Shown: positions 24,055 to 26,134 of the stretch, one piece after another | How positions within the stretch are numbered: the first letter of the stretch is position 1 | Layout of the letters: each line of letters starts with the position of its first letter | Origin: Candidatus Nanopusillus sp. | GTDB lineage: Archaea > Nanobdellota > Nanobdellia > Nanobdellales > Nanobdellaceae | DNA length: 26,134 nt | Reading direction: 5' to 3' | Assembly: GCA_036845085.1 (NCBI GenBank) | Contig: DAIUEN010000005.1 | Location: forward strand, 1-26,134 | Program-made: the position numbers and the translations under genes | Notes under the pieces: generated by a model | Database searches by the model: none | The model's input: the letters and a program-made list of their open reading frames with translations, nothing else | Told to the model about the DNA's origin: nothing

Positions 24055-25494
24055 TTATCTAATAGTAATTAATAAATTGGATATCTCACAGTGACTCATA
24101 TATATATCTTCCTCTATATTTAAAGTCATATTGCTGAAGATCAATAAAGACAATATTATACTTATAAGCATAGAAGTGACCCAAGTTATTAAAAATGCCA
24201 ATATTATTTTTTTGGTTTTTATTTTTTTTATTCTTTCTAAATTGGTAGATAATCCGATAGAAAAAAAAGTTATTAAAAAGAATAATTGCTTAAATGAATC
24301 TAGTTGAATATATGTATTTGAAATATCCATCTTCAATACAAGTTGTAGAAATATTGAGATAGAAAATAAAATACTGAATCCTACTACGAATTTTGGAATC
24401 TTATATATAAAATAAATTGGAGATGACTTTTTCTCTTCTTTTGAGTAAAATATTAGAGATAGTATAAATATCCATAATATCAATAAAGAATCTATAGCTA
24501 TTTTTGATAAAATAGAGGTATATAATATTAAATTTTGGAGTTCTGGTCTATTTGATGAAATAAGAGTATCTAAAATCTGTCCTCCAGAAACAGCAGTGCA
24601 ATCTGTTTTTAGTGAAGATGTTATCCAGACACTAGCAACAATAGGATAATCTTTTAATAATATATATCCTATGAATGGTAAAATCAATAGTTTCAGCGTA
24701 GACAATGCTACTAATATAGACGATAAAATTCCTATTATCATTGGTGGAGCTTTAAATAATTCTGAAGAAATTATAATAGATGAAATTGATGTACCAACAG
24801 AACCAGAGGCTATTATTGAAGATTCTTCTTTGCTAATTTTCATTTTACTTGATATATAGAAACTTATTGACCAAGCAATTATTATGTAAATCAAAGCAAA
24901 GATAAATATAGCTTCTATTAAATTAGCGGGGAAAAAGGAATTTTTTAATATATCTACAGATACCAATACAGCTATTATTAATATTCCTATTTTGATATAC
25001 CAAAAAGATTTAGAAGCGACTTCTAAGGGTTTTGGGAGATTTTTTATTAGGGTACTTATTGTTAATCCAGCTATTAGAGCAAAAATATAACCAATATCTG
25101 AAGATATATTTATTAATGCATTAACGTTTAAAAATTTAGATAGTAGAGGGACTAAATAATAAATATATAAATAGTGGGAAACTATCCATATAAAATAGGA
25201 GGCAAAAAATATTATAGTATATCCTATAGTAAAGTCTTTTAGGTTAATATTCATTGCTTTTGCTCCTATAGACAATATTATTAATGTAAAAATGTAAAGT
25301 AATAATATAGAAAAAGCTCCAAGATAATTATATTCTGAAAATAGAGTAAAAATTTTATTAAGAGAAATGGATAATGCGTTTATTTTGGGTAGCCAACCAA
25401 AAAAGGAATATATACTTAATACGAATATTATAAAGGATATCCAAAAGGCTATCCAATCTTCATTTTTCCATAAACTTTTTAAATCAATTGCCAT
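24055..25494 (-). CDS. Polytopic membrane protein, probable transporter/permease (479 aa, at least 10 TM segments)
   Basis: Continuous series of hydrophobic helices. No diagnostic motif that I can assign to a transporter family by eye. Confidence 0.65.
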   Translation of the reverse strand: MAIDLKSLWKNEDWIAFWISFIIFVLSIYSFFGWLPKINALSISLNKIFTLFSEYNYLGAFSILLLYIFTLIILSIGAKAMNINLKDFTIGYTIIFFASYFIWIVSHYLYIYYLVPLLSKFLNVNALINISSDIGYIFALIAGLTISTLIKNLPKPLEVASKSFWYIKIGILIIAVLVSVDILKNSFFPANLIEAIFIFALIYIIIAWSISFYISSKMKISKEESSIIASGSVGTSISSIIISSELFKAPPMIIGILSSILVALSTLKLLILPFIGYILLKDYPIVASVWITSSLKTDCTAVSGGQILDTLISSNRPELQNLILYTSILSKIAIDSLLILWIFILSLIFYSKEEKKSSPIYFIYKIPKFVVGFSILFSISIFLQLVLKMDISNTYIQLDSFKQLFFLITFFSIGLSTNLERIKKIKTKKIILAFLITWVTSMLISIILSLLIFSNMTLNIEEDIYMSHCEISNLLITIR

Positions 25495-25526
25495 TAAATA
25501 GAATGAACTAGAAAGACTTATATATT

Positions 25527-26126
25527 TTACATTAATATAATTTTCTGAGTTTTATATTCTCTTTTCTTAATAATTTCCTCAAATAAGCTTTCTATTTCTC
25601 TATATTTTTCTTCCTTTATAAGAGAAAATTTATCTTTACCATGAATATATAACGAAAGTACAGCACCAAAAATTTCTTTTTCCAATCCACGCAAATCATT
25701 TATCATTAATAATATCATTCTTTCTAAGCAATTATAATAACTTTTTTCTCTGTTACATACATCTTTATATTTATTTATTACTTTTTCTACTATTTCTAAA
25801 TATTTTTTTAATTCTTTATAGGTTAAAATACTTCTTAAGAATATATATTCAAATTTTTCTAATTCTATATATTCAATTCTAACTTTTTTATAACCATCTT
25901 CTCTTAAAGAAAGTATATAATTTACATTAAATATGTTTGAATGATGTAATTTATATAATTCGGACAAAATCATATATTCATTATAATATCTATTTGAACT
26001 ATCAGCAATAATATACCAAGGTAAGTATTCTATTCCTAATTTTTCAGTCATAATATAGGTATTATTTTTAAATGAAACGGCATATAATATAATAGGTGTA
26101 GTAATATTTACTCCGTTTATTATCAT
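25527..26126 (-). CDS. Hypothetical protein (199 aa)
   Basis: Clean ORF with a beta-rich N-terminal half and a helical C-terminal half. It is the first gene of the three-gene cluster, and its upstream region is cut by the window edge. Confidence 0.5.
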   Translation of the reverse strand: MIINGVNITTPIILYAVSFKNNTYIMTEKLGIEYLPWYIIADSSNRYYNEYMILSELYKLHHSNIFNVNYILSLREDGYKKVRIEYIELEKFEYIFLRSILTYKELKKYLEIVEKVINKYKDVCNREKSYYNCLERMILLMINDLRGLEKEIFGAVLSLYIHGKDKFSLIKEEKYREIESLFEEIIKKREYKTQKIILM

Positions 26127-26134
26127 AGCTACTA

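Noticed and set aside
1-26134. CRISPR arrays, cas genes, transposases/integrases, IS terminal inverted repeats, rRNA and canonical tRNA genes
   Set aside because: I scanned both strands for regularly spaced direct repeats, GTTCRANYC T-loops and DDE or tyrosine-recombinase-like ORFs and found none. The two taagctta copies and two cctagg sites are short palindromes, not a repeat array.

Overview
Very AT-rich (roughly one-fifth G+C by eye), tightly packed chromosomal segment that looks archaeal. Supporting this: a Trm5-type tRNA methyltransferase, an AsnRS-like asparagine synthetase, no Shine-Dalgarno sequences, and AT-rich TATA-like boxes about 25-30 nt upstream of starts. About 29 protein genes lie on both strands. 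Recognisable genes are trm5 (partial), metG, an M1 aminopeptidase homolog whose zinc and exopeptidase motifs are substituted, a rhomboid protease, a membrane-embedded family-2 glycosyltransferase, an MscS-type channel, uppS, lemA plus a GIDE-like membrane protein, a ferritin-like/VIT1 fusion, acylphosphatase, the AsnRS-like asparagine synthetase divergent from an Lrp/AsnC regulator, and glmS encoded as two ORFs broken at the domain junction. The rest are uncharacterised: several membrane or secreted proteins, two HTH proteins and a 391-aa orphan. I saw no rRNA, tRNA, CRISPR array, transposase or integrase. The most unusual locus is 13.6-14.5 kb. It is the only long stretch without a called ORF and holds (i) a 119-codon open frame with no usable start codon and (ii) a ~320-nt G+C-enriched island with nested long-range helices closed by a 9-bp terminal stem and followed by an oligo-U tract, a candidate structured RNA whose class I could not resolve by eye. 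Other points for follow-up are lineage-specific insertions in MetRS and Trm5, two possible single-nucleotide frame problems (glmS, asnA-like), extremely short divergent spacers, and several gene clusters of unknown function. All family assignments come from reading motifs in the supplied translations; no database search was run.
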